Below are positions 10,146-18,495 of a DNA stretch of 64,000 nt, one piece after another (position 1 is the first letter of the stretch; each line of letters starts with the position of its first letter). The translations under genes were made by a program, and so were the position numbers. The DNA is taken from the sequence record OM728297.1. One strand, written 5' to 3'. The notes below the pieces were generated by a model. That model had not been told where the DNA came from. It searched no databases and saw only the letters and a program-made list of their open reading frames with translations.

Positions 10146-12101
10146 TCAAGCAATCGTTCCTGTAGAATCTCTCCAATTTTTTCCATCATACCATAATGGT
10201 TTCTTTAGATTCTTATCATAAATCTGCATACCTATAAATAGATTTTTTGTTGGGCGATTACTTGTATCATATGAATCATTATTTCTTCCTGAAATTATTA
10301 ATTTAATTCCATTAACATCTGTGTAAAATAATTTTCTTGTCTGTAAATTAATGAGAAATTTACCTGCTCCAAAATCTTTTATTGTACTTCTACTAGTTTG
10401 TATGATCCATTTATAATTCACAAATTTCCAAACATCATTATTTCTAATATCATAAATAAGATTATTATTAACTGCAAAATATAAATCACTAAATGTTGTT
10501 TCATTTTGGGAATAACATGAGAATCCATATTGTTGTGCGCCTATAAATTTTTTAAGAATATCCAATGATGTTAACTCAATTTCTAAAATAGATTCCTCAA
10601 GTAGAGTTTTACTGTTAAATAAAGATGTTAATGCCTGAATTTTATTTCCTTCACGTCTAATACTTATTTTAGTACCATTCGGTATATCTTTCCATGCTCC
10701 AGTAGTATCATTGATATTCTTAAAGGCAAGTACCTTTTCATCTGATCTTCCATAATTATAAACTAATGCCCATTGATAATTTACTCCATTAACTTGGACA
10801 TGTCCTTGGTCGTTGTTTCTTACTCTTATTGCTGATATTGTATACTCTCTTCCACTAGAATCAGTCGTAAATGCAGCAATTAAACCAATAGTATCATCAT
10901 CTCCATTAGTTGATGAGAGTACTGCTTCATGAACAAAGTTATCATATTTTTCATGACTAACAAAACCTATATATGTGCTAGAATTTACAGTACATTTAAT
11001 ACTATCACTAGTGTCATTATAACTCCATTTGGTGATTTCATCAGTAGACGCTGGCTGATCCTCTGATTTCTTAGAATGAGAAAATCTTTGCCATTCATTG
11101 TATATTTCTTTAAAAGTAACTTCCTTTCCTTTAGCATCAATTAATTCTTGATCATTTTCAATAAAATTTCCTTCATGTAATGTATAATCCAAGGTAACAT
11201 CACTAGAGTTGTTAGATGAAATAAAATAAGATTGACCTTCTTTTCCAATAGGCTTATTTTCTAAATCATCCCAAGTTCTAGGATCTCCCTTTTCTCCTTT
11301 TTCACCTCGTTCGCCTTGTTCACCCTTCTCCCCTTGTTCACCTTTCTCTCCGGGAATTCCATCCATTCCTGCTGGTCCTGGTTCTCCCCTTGGACCAGGA
11401 TCACCTCTCTCACCTTTTTCACCCCTTTTTCCTTGCTCTCCTTTTTCACCTCGTTCGCCTTGTTCACCTTTCTCTCCTGTTTCTCCCTTCTCACCTTTCT
11501 CCCCCTGTTCTCCTTTTTCACCTCGTTCGCCTTGTTTACCATCTTTTCCTTTCATATCAATTTCCTCTCCATCCTTAAGAAAAGTTATACCTTCAGGACA
11601 GATTCTAATTTGATATGAATCGTTAGTAATATAGAAGCATTTATTACTCTTATTATATATGAGAGAAAATTCATCAATAATATTTAAAATATTAAATTTA
11701 TTGCTTTCTTCTCTGAGAGATTTAGTGAATTTATTATCACTGATATCCCCATAAATATTATAGTTAAGATAATATGCTCTTTGAGGATCACCATCTAAAA
11801 ATACAACAACAACATGTTCTCCTTTTTCTGGTATTATAAGTTGCTGATTTTTAATTAATGGCTTACATACAATCCCATTAATAGTTTTAACAGATGTTTT
11901 TGTTATATCATTTCCAATTATATTTGTATTCTTTATATTCTCATTTGCAATTAATATATTATCTTTTTCATTTATACTTATAAATAGTTTAGGTATATAT
12001 ACAATAATTGAGTTATCGTCATTACTTTCCATAACGATTCCATCAAAAACTCCTTCAAAATTTGCATTTGTTAATAAGTTATTCTCAAATACATCTAGCA
12101 T
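10146..12101 (-). CDS. gp5/VgrG-type OB-fold protein fused to collagen-like repeat, lectin-like domain and tail-fibre C-terminal motif
   Basis: N-terminal [31 protein letters not shown]; 30 Gly-X-Y triplets; C-terminal [28 protein letters not shown]. Confidence 0.65.
   Translation of the reverse strand: MLDVFENNLLTNANFEGVFDGIVMESNDDNSIIVYIPKLFISINEKDNILIANENIKNTNIIGNDITKTSVKTINGIVCKPLIKNQQLIIPEKGEHVVVVFLDGDPQRAYYLNYNIYGDISDNKFTKSLREESNKFNILNIIDEFSLIYNKSNKCFYITNDSYQIRICPEGITFLKDGEEIDMKGKDGKQGERGEKGEQGEKGEKGETGEKGEQGERGEKGEQGKRGEKGERGDPGPRGEPGPAGMDGIPGEKGEQGEKGEQGERGEKGEKGDPRTWDDLENKPIGKEGQSYFISSNNSSDVTLDYTLHEGNFIENDQELIDAKGKEVTFKEIYNEWQRFSHSKKSEDQPASTDEITKWSYNDTSDSIKCTVNSSTYIGFVSHEKYDNFVHEAVLSSTNGDDDTIGLIAAFTTDSSGREYTISAIRVRNNDQGHVQVNGVNYQWALVYNYGRSDEKVLAFKNINDTTGAWKDIPNGTKISIRREGNKIQALTSLFNSKTLLEESILEIELTSLDILKKFIGAQQYGFSCYSQNETTFSDLYFAVNNNLIYDIRNNDVWKFVNYKWIIQTSRSTIKDFGAGKFLINLQTRKLFYTDVNGIKLIISGRNNDSYDTSNRPTKNLFIGMQIYDKNLKKPLWYDGKNWRDSTGTIA
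11280..11549 (-). repeat. Collagen-like (Gly-X-Y)30 coding repeat
   Basis: [12 protein letters not shown] ... GDP, 270 nt. Confidence 0.95.
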
Positions 12102-12120
12102 TATTAAATTCCTCCTTCTC

Positions 12121-12132
12121 TAAGTAATTGTT
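12121..12132 (-). promoter_or_regulatory. Putative late promoter AACA-N6-TA
   Basis: AACAattactTA on minus strand just upstream of the SD of the 12101 structural operon. Confidence 0.7.
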
Positions 12133-12157
12133 CAAAGTTTATTTAAAAAATGAAATT

Positions 12158-12165
12158 TATATTAT
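12158..12165 (+). promoter_or_regulatory. Putative early promoter TATATTAT
   Basis: Upstream of the operon starting at 12206. Confidence 0.5.
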
Positions 12166-12205
12166 AATAAAGATAAAAATATAATAAATAAATGGAGGAA
12201 GAACA

Positions 12206-12841
12206 ATGATTTGTGTAATTGACAAGGTTGATAGTGAATGGAGTAAAAAAGCAAAATATGCAATCTTTCATTGTTTGAGAACTTTACAAAAAAATAAAAT
12301 GATAGATTATCTTTATATGAAAAGGGTAGATTCTGTTATTTTAAGAAATAGAATGGATAATGAAAAAGAAACTTTACAGGGATACTATGAATTTCATAAA
12401 AAAAGAATCACAATTATTCTGGATAGTAAATTTTTACTTACAGAAGGTGATATAATATATACATTCCTTCATGAATTAGGGCATCATTTTTGTGGTGAAC
12501 ATACTTTCTTTAACCAAGATTACAATCCAAATAAAATGAATATAGAATATTGTGAAGAAGAATTAAAAGCTGATAGTTTGGCAAGAATATTATTAGTTAA
12601 GTTCTTTGATAGAAACATTTTTAAGGATATTATTGAAAATGTAGATAATAGAATAAGCTTCTTTAAAAGAAAGTATAAATCGCTTAAGAACCCAAATATA
12701 TGGAAAAAAGTTATATCAAATGATCCTTGGGTTTCTTTTACAATGAATTATAGTGTTAAGAAAGAAAATCCAACATATAGTATTAGTTTTGACAATAAGA
12801 ATATTAATCCAACTTCATTTTCAACGAGACTTATATCTTAA
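12206..12841 (+). CDS. ImmA/IrrE-like HExxH metallopeptidase-domain protein
   Basis: YTFLHELGHH..EELKADSLA. Confidence 0.6.
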   Translation: MICVIDKVDSEWSKKAKYAIFHCLRTLQKNKMIDYLYMKRVDSVILRNRMDNEKETLQGYYEFHKKRITIILDSKFLLTEGDIIYTFLHELGHHFCGEHTFFNQDYNPNKMNIEYCEEELKADSLARILLVKFFDRNIFKDIIENVDNRISFFKRKYKSLKNPNIWKKVISNDPWVSFTMNYSVKKENPTYSISFDNKNINPTSFSTRLIS

Positions 12842-12853
12842 AGGAGAAGTATT

Positions 12854-13018
12854 ATGATTAGATTAACAAAAGGAAAGTTGCAAAAAGTAATCAATCAACA
12901 TCCTAGTTGGACAATAAATGAAATAGCAGATGAACTAGATGTAAGTGAATCAACTATTAGGAGATGTATTAAGAGTTTTAATATCGATTATAAGAATAAG
13001 AGAAGAGGTAGTCTATGA
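12854..13018 (+). CDS. Small single-HTH protein (54 aa, absent from ORF track), HPxWT family
   Basis: AAGGAG SD; MIRLTKGKLQKVINQHPSWTINEIADELDVSESTIRRCIKSFNIDYKNKRRGSL. Confidence 0.8.
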   Translation: MIRLTKGKLQKVINQHPSWTINEIADELDVSESTIRRCIKSFNIDYKNKRRGSL

Positions 13019-13464
13019 CAGAAGAATATTCACATCATACTCTTTATCGGGAATCACATCTTTCATTTTCATTACTTAAAGAGATTCTATCAGAAAATGA
13101 TGAAACATTAGAACTAAAAGATGATAAAATATTTCTTTCAGGAATACCATTAAGAGATAATTATGATAAGATGCTCTTAGTATATAGTGACTCTTCTAAA
13201 AAGTTAAGAAGAAAAAATAAAAAGAAATATGACTATTTTAATGCTTTTAAAAATCAAGAGCATAATGAATGTATTATTCACTTTCTAACCCTAGCAGATA
13301 ATAATATTGATTGTATCGAAATTGAAGAGATGAATGATAAATTTTCAGTAAAATTTAAAAATATTGATAACAAGGTATTGAAAGAAAGGGTATCTGAATG
13401 TAATATAAATGATAAAAATAAAATAATAATGGATATGTTACTTAAATATTATAATATTATTTAA
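13015..13464 (+). CDS. Hypothetical protein
   Basis: ATGA overlap with upstream gene, GAGG SD. Confidence 0.7.
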   Translation: MTEEYSHHTLYRESHLSFSLLKEILSENDETLELKDDKIFLSGIPLRDNYDKMLLVYSDSSKKLRRKNKKKYDYFNAFKNQEHNECIIHFLTLADNNIDCIEIEEMNDKFSVKFKNIDNKVLKERVSECNINDKNKIIMDMLLKYYNII

Positions 13465-13493
13465 GATTAGATAGAGAGAAGAGGAGAGACAAA

Positions 13494-14711
13494 TTGGCTG
13501 ATATAACTCTTACGGATAAACAGAATAAAGCTAAAAATGAATGTCTTGATTGGTACTTTGGTAGGGAGACCAACGGTAAAGATCCAGACAGAATATTCAC
13601 TATTGCAGGATTAGCAGGTACAGGAAAATCAACATTAGTTAAATTTATAATTGAAGAGATAGGTTTAGATGTTGATGAGGTAGTATTTATTGCATATACA
13701 GGAATGGCGGCAAATGTTCTAACACGAAAGGGAAATGTAGGTGCTAGCACTATTCACAAATTTATCTATCATGCTATTCCTGTTAAAGATCCAGAAACAG
13801 GTGAAGTCCTTAAATTTATATTCAAGTTAAAAGAAAAAGATGAAATGGATGATAAAATTAAATTAGTTGTAATTGATGAAGTGTCAATGGTAGATACAGG
13901 AATGCTTAACGAAGTACACTCTTTTGGTATTAGGACAATGGCTCTTGGAGATCCAGGGCAATTGCCACCTGTCGGCAATAGTGGTAATACTCTATTGAAA
14001 AATCCAGATGTTTTTCTTGATGAGATCATGAGACAAGCATTAGATAATCCAATTATCTATCTATCAATGTTAGCAAGAGAGGGAAAATTTATATCATATG
14101 GAACTCATGGAGATAGAGTACAAGTAATTAGAAGACATGAGTTATATAAAGACATGTTTTTAGGTGCAGATCAAATAATTGCTGGCTATAATGAAACAGT
14201 GCAGAATATAAATGCTTATCATAGACGATTTATATTGGGAATAGAAAATCCATTTCCTATTGTGGGAGATAAAATTATTTGTGGGAAAAATCAATGGGAA
14301 CACACTATTTATGAAGATAATTTAGAGGTTTCATTAGTAAATGGTCTTATAGGTAGAATAGAATCTATTGAAAATCAAAAAAGATCTGCTACATATAAGA
14401 TAAGTTTTAGACCAGAATTCTTTAAAGAAGAGAAATTCCCTAAATTATATATGAATAAGATTCCTTTTATGAATGAAAAGGTAAGGGAATCATTTGATGA
14501 AAAATCTCTTTATGTATTTAGAAAGAAAATTATTGAAACTTATGGTATTAGTGAATTTAAATTTGGATATGCCATTAGTTGCCATAAAAGCCAAGGTTCT
14601 GAATTTGATAATGTACTATTGTTTGAGGAAAGATTAAATAAGAAATTTCATAAAAATTGGTTATACACAGGAATTACTAGAGCAAAAGAAAAATTAATTT
14701 TAGTTAGATAG
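13494..14711 (+). CDS. RecD/Dda-like SF1B helicase
   Basis: GLAGTGKST, VIDEVSM, GDPGQLPPV, EIMRQ, FGYAISCHKSQGSEF, YTGITRAK. Confidence 0.9.
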   Translation: MADITLTDKQNKAKNECLDWYFGRETNGKDPDRIFTIAGLAGTGKSTLVKFIIEEIGLDVDEVVFIAYTGMAANVLTRKGNVGASTIHKFIYHAIPVKDPETGEVLKFIFKLKEKDEMDDKIKLVVIDEVSMVDTGMLNEVHSFGIRTMALGDPGQLPPVGNSGNTLLKNPDVFLDEIMRQALDNPIIYLSMLAREGKFISYGTHGDRVQVIRRHELYKDMFLGADQIIAGYNETVQNINAYHRRFILGIENPFPIVGDKIICGKNQWEHTIYEDNLEVSLVNGLIGRIESIENQKRSATYKISFRPEFFKEEKFPKLYMNKIPFMNEKVRESFDEKSLYVFRKKIIETYGISEFKFGYAISCHKSQGSEFDNVLLFEERLNKKFHKNWLYTGITRAKEKLILVR

Positions 14712-14758
14712 GTAATTATGAATACTAGAAAATTAGAGAAATAAGGGGAGAATTTATA

Positions 14759-15493
14759 ATGACTAATTGGGTGATCAGTGATCCACATTTTGGACACAAA
14801 GGTATTTTAAAATATGAGGAAATTAGAGATTTCAATAATACTGATGAAATGGATGAAGCTATTATCAAAAATTTCAATGATACTGTATCTGAAGGTGATA
14901 CAGTATTTTGGCTTGGAGATATGTTTTTCTGTAAGACAGAAAGAATGAAATATATTGTAGATAAGCTTAAGAAGACTAGAAATATTCTTGTTCTTGGTAA
15001 TCATGATAATGGTGTTTCAAAAACTAAATTTAAACGTTTTGGATTTATGCCTTATAGAATGTATCAATATAAAGATCTTATTCTTACTCATGAACCACTC
15101 AGTGAAGTTAATCTTAAGATTCTTTCTGAATATGGTATTACTAAAAATATCCATGGACATGTTCATAGTAATATTGAAGGTATGAATCAAGATAAATATA
15201 AATGTGTAAGTATTGAATGTACGGATCTGAAGCCAATTAATATTGATAGTCTATCTAGTATTAATCCATTCTTTGAATATAATATTAAATTTAATGTCAC
15301 TAATGCATTTGGAATGATTTGTCTTCCACTTTATAAAATACCTTCGGAAAAAGAATTAAGTATTGATGAAGTTAAAGAAATGGCAATAAATCTTCTTAAT
15401 AAACAAGAGAATGACTATGTTATTAATGAGATTAAAATTACGAAGAAAGTACTATTAGATACTGAAATTACTCTGCTGAGAGGAGCTAGATAA
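14759..15493 (+). CDS. Calcineurin-like metallophosphoesterase
   Basis: SDPHFGH, GDMFF, GNHD, THEP, HGHVH. Confidence 0.85.
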   Translation: MTNWVISDPHFGHKGILKYEEIRDFNNTDEMDEAIIKNFNDTVSEGDTVFWLGDMFFCKTERMKYIVDKLKKTRNILVLGNHDNGVSKTKFKRFGFMPYRMYQYKDLILTHEPLSEVNLKILSEYGITKNIHGHVHSNIEGMNQDKYKCVSIECTDLKPINIDSLSSINPFFEYNIKFNVTNAFGMICLPLYKIPSEKELSIDEVKEMAINLLNKQENDYVINEIKITKKVLLDTEITLLRGAR

Positions 15494-15495
15494 AC

Positions 15496-15819
15496 ATGGA
15501 CAATGATATTATGAAAGTGTATTATAAGGAAAATAAAGAGGAATTATTAGAATGTGCAAAAGAATCTCTTCTCACTGCAAATGAAGCTGAAAAATCTCTT
15601 AAAGAAAGAGAAAATAATGAATTTTATTGCCCTAATGAAAATGAATTCGATAAGGTAAGTAAAGAAGAATTTAACAGTTATTTAATGAATAAAGATTATC
15701 GAATGCGACCAGTATCAATAGATAGAGAATTATATATTGATAACAATAAGAATACTGTTATAGCAGTTAGATTTCTCTCAATGTATGATAATCCTGAAAG
15801 ATATATTATCTTAAGATAG
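15496..15819 (+). CDS. Hypothetical protein
   Basis: 107-aa ORF with AGGAG SD. Confidence 0.7.
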   Translation: MDNDIMKVYYKENKEELLECAKESLLTANEAEKSLKERENNEFYCPNENEFDKVSKEEFNSYLMNKDYRMRPVSIDRELYIDNNKNTVIAVRFLSMYDNPERYIILR

Positions 15820-15822
15820 GTT

Positions 15823-15864
15823 AAATAACTCTCTTCAAATAATTAATGAAGAGAGTTATTTTTT
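15823..15864. terminator. Bidirectional intrinsic terminator
   Basis: 15-bp stem aaataactctcttca/tgaagagagttattt between convergent genes. Confidence 0.8.
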
Positions 15865-16509
15865 TTAGCGTTTAAATACATGATGACCAATAACTGTAAC
15901 AGTTGGTCTATTATCTAACCATCTACTTGTTGCTGTTGAAGGATTATAAAAATAAAGTGAACCTTGTCCGTTTCCTCCAATATTAAATGCTTCATTTACC
16001 GCTCTTACAGACTCAGAATCAGCTGATTTGTAAATAGAACCATTTGAAACTGGAGAAAATTGACCACTTTCATAAATAACTCCTTGAATAGAATTCGGGA
16101 ATTGATCATTATTCACACGATTTAAAACGACTTTAGCAACTTCTACTTTACCAGCATAAGGTTCACTTTCAGCTTCTGCTCTAACTAATCTAGCTAATAA
16201 ATCTCTATCACTAGATGGTGCTTTAACTTCCGATGAAGTAGTTTGCTTTGACTGTTTAGTATTTTTAACTGTAGGTTTAGAAACAGATTCACCTTTAGCT
16301 GGGATAATAATATTTTGACCAATCAAAATTAAATCATCCCATTTATTATTTGCTTTTCTTAGTTCATAAAGTGTGATACCATTTGTTTGACTTATTCCCC
16401 AAAGCGTTTCTCCTTTTTGAACTGTATGATTTGTAGCCGCATATGCTTTATTTGCCAATAATACGGGGATGGCTAATAAGAATGCTAAAACTATTAAAGC
16501 CTTCTTCAT
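15865..16509 (-). CDS. Secreted LysM + SleB/CwlJ-like (Hydrolase_2) cell-wall hydrolase
   Basis: Signal peptide MKKALIVLAFLLAIPVLLANKAYA; LysM HTVQKGETLWGIS; LLARLVRAEAESEPYAGKVEVAKVVLNRV..QFSPV..LYFYNP..IGHHVF. Confidence 0.9.
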   Translation of the reverse strand: MKKALIVLAFLLAIPVLLANKAYAATNHTVQKGETLWGISQTNGITLYELRKANNKWDDLILIGQNIIIPAKGESVSKPTVKNTKQSKQTTSSEVKAPSSDRDLLARLVRAEAESEPYAGKVEVAKVVLNRVNNDQFPNSIQGVIYESGQFSPVSNGSIYKSADSESVRAVNEAFNIGGNGQGSLYFYNPSTATSRWLDNRPTVTVIGHHVFKR

Positions 16510-16544
16510 GTATATCATCTCCTTAATTATTATGATATTTTGTT

Positions 16545-16556
16545 TAATTCAATGTT
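16545..16556 (-). promoter_or_regulatory. Putative late promoter AACA-N6-TA
   Basis: AACAttgaatTA upstream of the LysM-SleB gene. Confidence 0.55.
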
Positions 16557-16614
16557 ATAAAAACTACTCATTTTGTATGGATCTTAGAAATTTTTAAGAA
16601 GGGATATAAAGAAA

Positions 16615-16776
16615 TTGAATTACTTTTCAAATAGAAATATTGATGATATTATAAATGAAAACAACACAAGTAAGAAAATATTTTTAAGTGATAAAGAGAA
16701 GATATTAATGAAAGCAGGGAAAAATCCTGTAAAAATTAATTATAGAAAAATTAAGAAGAAAAAAAGAAAAGGTTAA
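16615..16776 (+). CDS. Small basic hypothetical protein (53 aa, TTG start, absent from ORF track)
   Basis: GAAGGGA upstream; MNYFSNRNIDD...YRKIKKKKRKG. Confidence 0.45.
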   Translation: MNYFSNRNIDDIINENNTSKKIFLSDKEKILMKAGKNPVKINYRKIKKKKRKG

Positions 16777-16786
16777 CAGTAAATTA
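16775..16786 (+). promoter_or_regulatory. Putative late promoter AACA-N6-TA
   Basis: AACAgtaaatTA upstream of 16815. Confidence 0.5.
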
Positions 16787-16814
16787 AGATATAAAATTAT
16801 AAGGAGAAGACATT

Positions 16815-17537
16815 ATGCTTAATTTTATTGGTACTGGAAGTGCATTTAATACTAAACTTGGAAATAACTCTGCTTTTATTAAAAAGGATAAAACCTTATT
16901 TCTAATTGATTGTGGCAGTACAACATTCAGTCGAATACAAGAAGCTAAATTATTAGATAATATTGAGAAAATAGTAGTACTTCTAACTCATACTCATCCT
17001 GATCATGTAGGTTCTCTGGGAGACTTAATCTTATATGGTTACTATTCAATGGGAAAATTAGGAGAACCAAATGTTACTGTTTATGCACCTAATCTATTAA
17101 GAATTGAGAATCTACTTTGGTCACAAGGAATTTCAACAAAAACATATAATTTAGTTCAATTTTTTGATAAACGTTTTATAAGATTCGGTGATCAAGATAT
17201 TGGTTTAATTGCATTAGAAGCTGAACATGTTTTAGAATTGAATTGTTTTAGCTATATTATCACATATAATGACAAAACAATATATTACAGTGGAGATTCA
17301 AATAAAATCCCTAATCAGATCATTAAAATGCTAGAAAATGGCGAGATTGATATATTCTATCAAGATACATGTAAAGCAGATTATTCTGGAAATGTCCACT
17401 TATCATTAAAGAAATTAAAATCACTTATCAAACCAGAATATAGAGATAAAGTGTATTGTATGCATCTTGATAATGATTTTATTGAAGAAGAAGCATGGGA
17501 TTTAGGTTTTAAGGTAGTTGAATCGATAATTAACTAG
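16815..17537 (+). CDS. MBL-fold metallo-hydrolase, Apyc1 (anti-Pycsar)/RNase Z-like
   Basis: GTGSAF, NNSA, LIDCG, THTHPDH, EHV, YSGD, NVHLSL, VYCMH. Confidence 0.8.
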   Translation: MLNFIGTGSAFNTKLGNNSAFIKKDKTLFLIDCGSTTFSRIQEAKLLDNIEKIVVLLTHTHPDHVGSLGDLILYGYYSMGKLGEPNVTVYAPNLLRIENLLWSQGISTKTYNLVQFFDKRFIRFGDQDIGLIALEAEHVLELNCFSYIITYNDKTIYYSGDSNKIPNQIIKMLENGEIDIFYQDTCKADYSGNVHLSLKKLKSLIKPEYRDKVYCMHLDNDFIEEEAWDLGFKVVESIIN

Positions 17538-17549
17538 GAGGAATTTATT

Positions 17550-17813
17550 ATGACGGTAGATGCAATTAATAAGTATATTAAACCATATCTTGCAGAAAAT
17601 ATTGAAAAGGATGCAGTATTCCATATTCAAACGACTAGTGTAAACTATTTTTATACATCACGAATGGAAGATATTCAATTTGATGATACAACTGAAATTA
17701 TGTCATTTAGAGATGTTGATAGCCGAGTGCTTTTTCACATAGATTATAGCGATATTAATATTGTTGCTAGAAAAGATAAGGCAAATGATTTTAATTTAGC
17801 AATTTATTCATAA
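17550..17813 (+). CDS. Hypothetical protein
   Basis: 87-aa ORF with AGGAGG SD. Confidence 0.7.
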   Translation: MTVDAINKYIKPYLAENIEKDAVFHIQTTSVNYFYTSRMEDIQFDDTTEIMSFRDVDSRVLFHIDYSDINIVARKDKANDFNLAIYS

Positions 17814-17816
17814 TTA

Positions 17817-17846
17817 TAATACCATAAGGGAAACCTTATGGTATTA
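17817..17846 (+). terminator. Intrinsic terminator with GAAA loop
   Basis: taataccataagg GAAA ccttatggtatta. Confidence 0.75.
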
Positions 17847-17912
17847 TTTATTTAACTAAAATTGAAAATGAATAACAAAAATATGATTGAAATTTGACCT
17901 ATTTTATAAATT

Positions 17913-17920
17913 TATATTAT
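17913..17920 (+). promoter_or_regulatory. Putative early promoter TATATTAT
   Basis: After a terminator, before AGGAG/ATG 17956. Confidence 0.5.
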
Positions 17921-17955
17921 TATATAGATTAAATATTAAAATAGGAGATGAAAAA

Positions 17956-18438
17956 ATGACTAAAAAATTCTTTCCAATAGTTGAGAAAAGAATTGACGCT
18001 CAACCACCTCATAAAAAAGGTATACAGTATTCAGTTGCAATTGGTTATGACACCGATATTCAAGAAAAAACAATTAAAGTTAGACTAGTTGAAAATGGAA
18101 AAGTTTTAGGTAGAGTATCACCATCATATCCAGCTGAAAATGATGATTTTCAAAATGTTATGAATGCTATTAAAGAGATAAAAGAAATGTTATCAAATAT
18201 GAGTAAACAATATTCTTCACATGATTTAGTTATTGGCGATTTAATCAAGTTAAATGATGATAACATCGTTTGGAAAGTTCAACAGATAAAAAATTTCGCA
18301 ATTTATTTAAAAAATTCAAACAAAAATGACAAAAGAGTTTCAAGAGTTATAACAACAATTGATTATTTTAATACAGAGCCGATTAAAAAATGGCAAGAGC
18401 AACTTGAAGAAATTGGTTTTGAATATTTATCTGAATAA
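17956..18438 (+). CDS. Hypothetical protein (ATG 17956)
   Basis: AGGAG SD before ATG 17956. Confidence 0.7.
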   Translation: MTKKFFPIVEKRIDAQPPHKKGIQYSVAIGYDTDIQEKTIKVRLVENGKVLGRVSPSYPAENDDFQNVMNAIKEIKEMLSNMSKQYSSHDLVIGDLIKLNDDNIVWKVQQIKNFAIYLKNSNKNDKRVSRVITTIDYFNTEPIKKWQEQLEEIGFEYLSE

Positions 18439-18495
18439 AATGCTGATTTTATAAAAATTATATATATAATACAATGAAAAATGGGGGAATACTAG

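Noticed and set aside
11261-11618. Three ORFs over the collagen repeat (11261-11542 -, 11316-11618 +, 11390-11578 +)
   Set aside because: Shadow frames kept open by the Gly-X-Y repeat; low complexity, no SD
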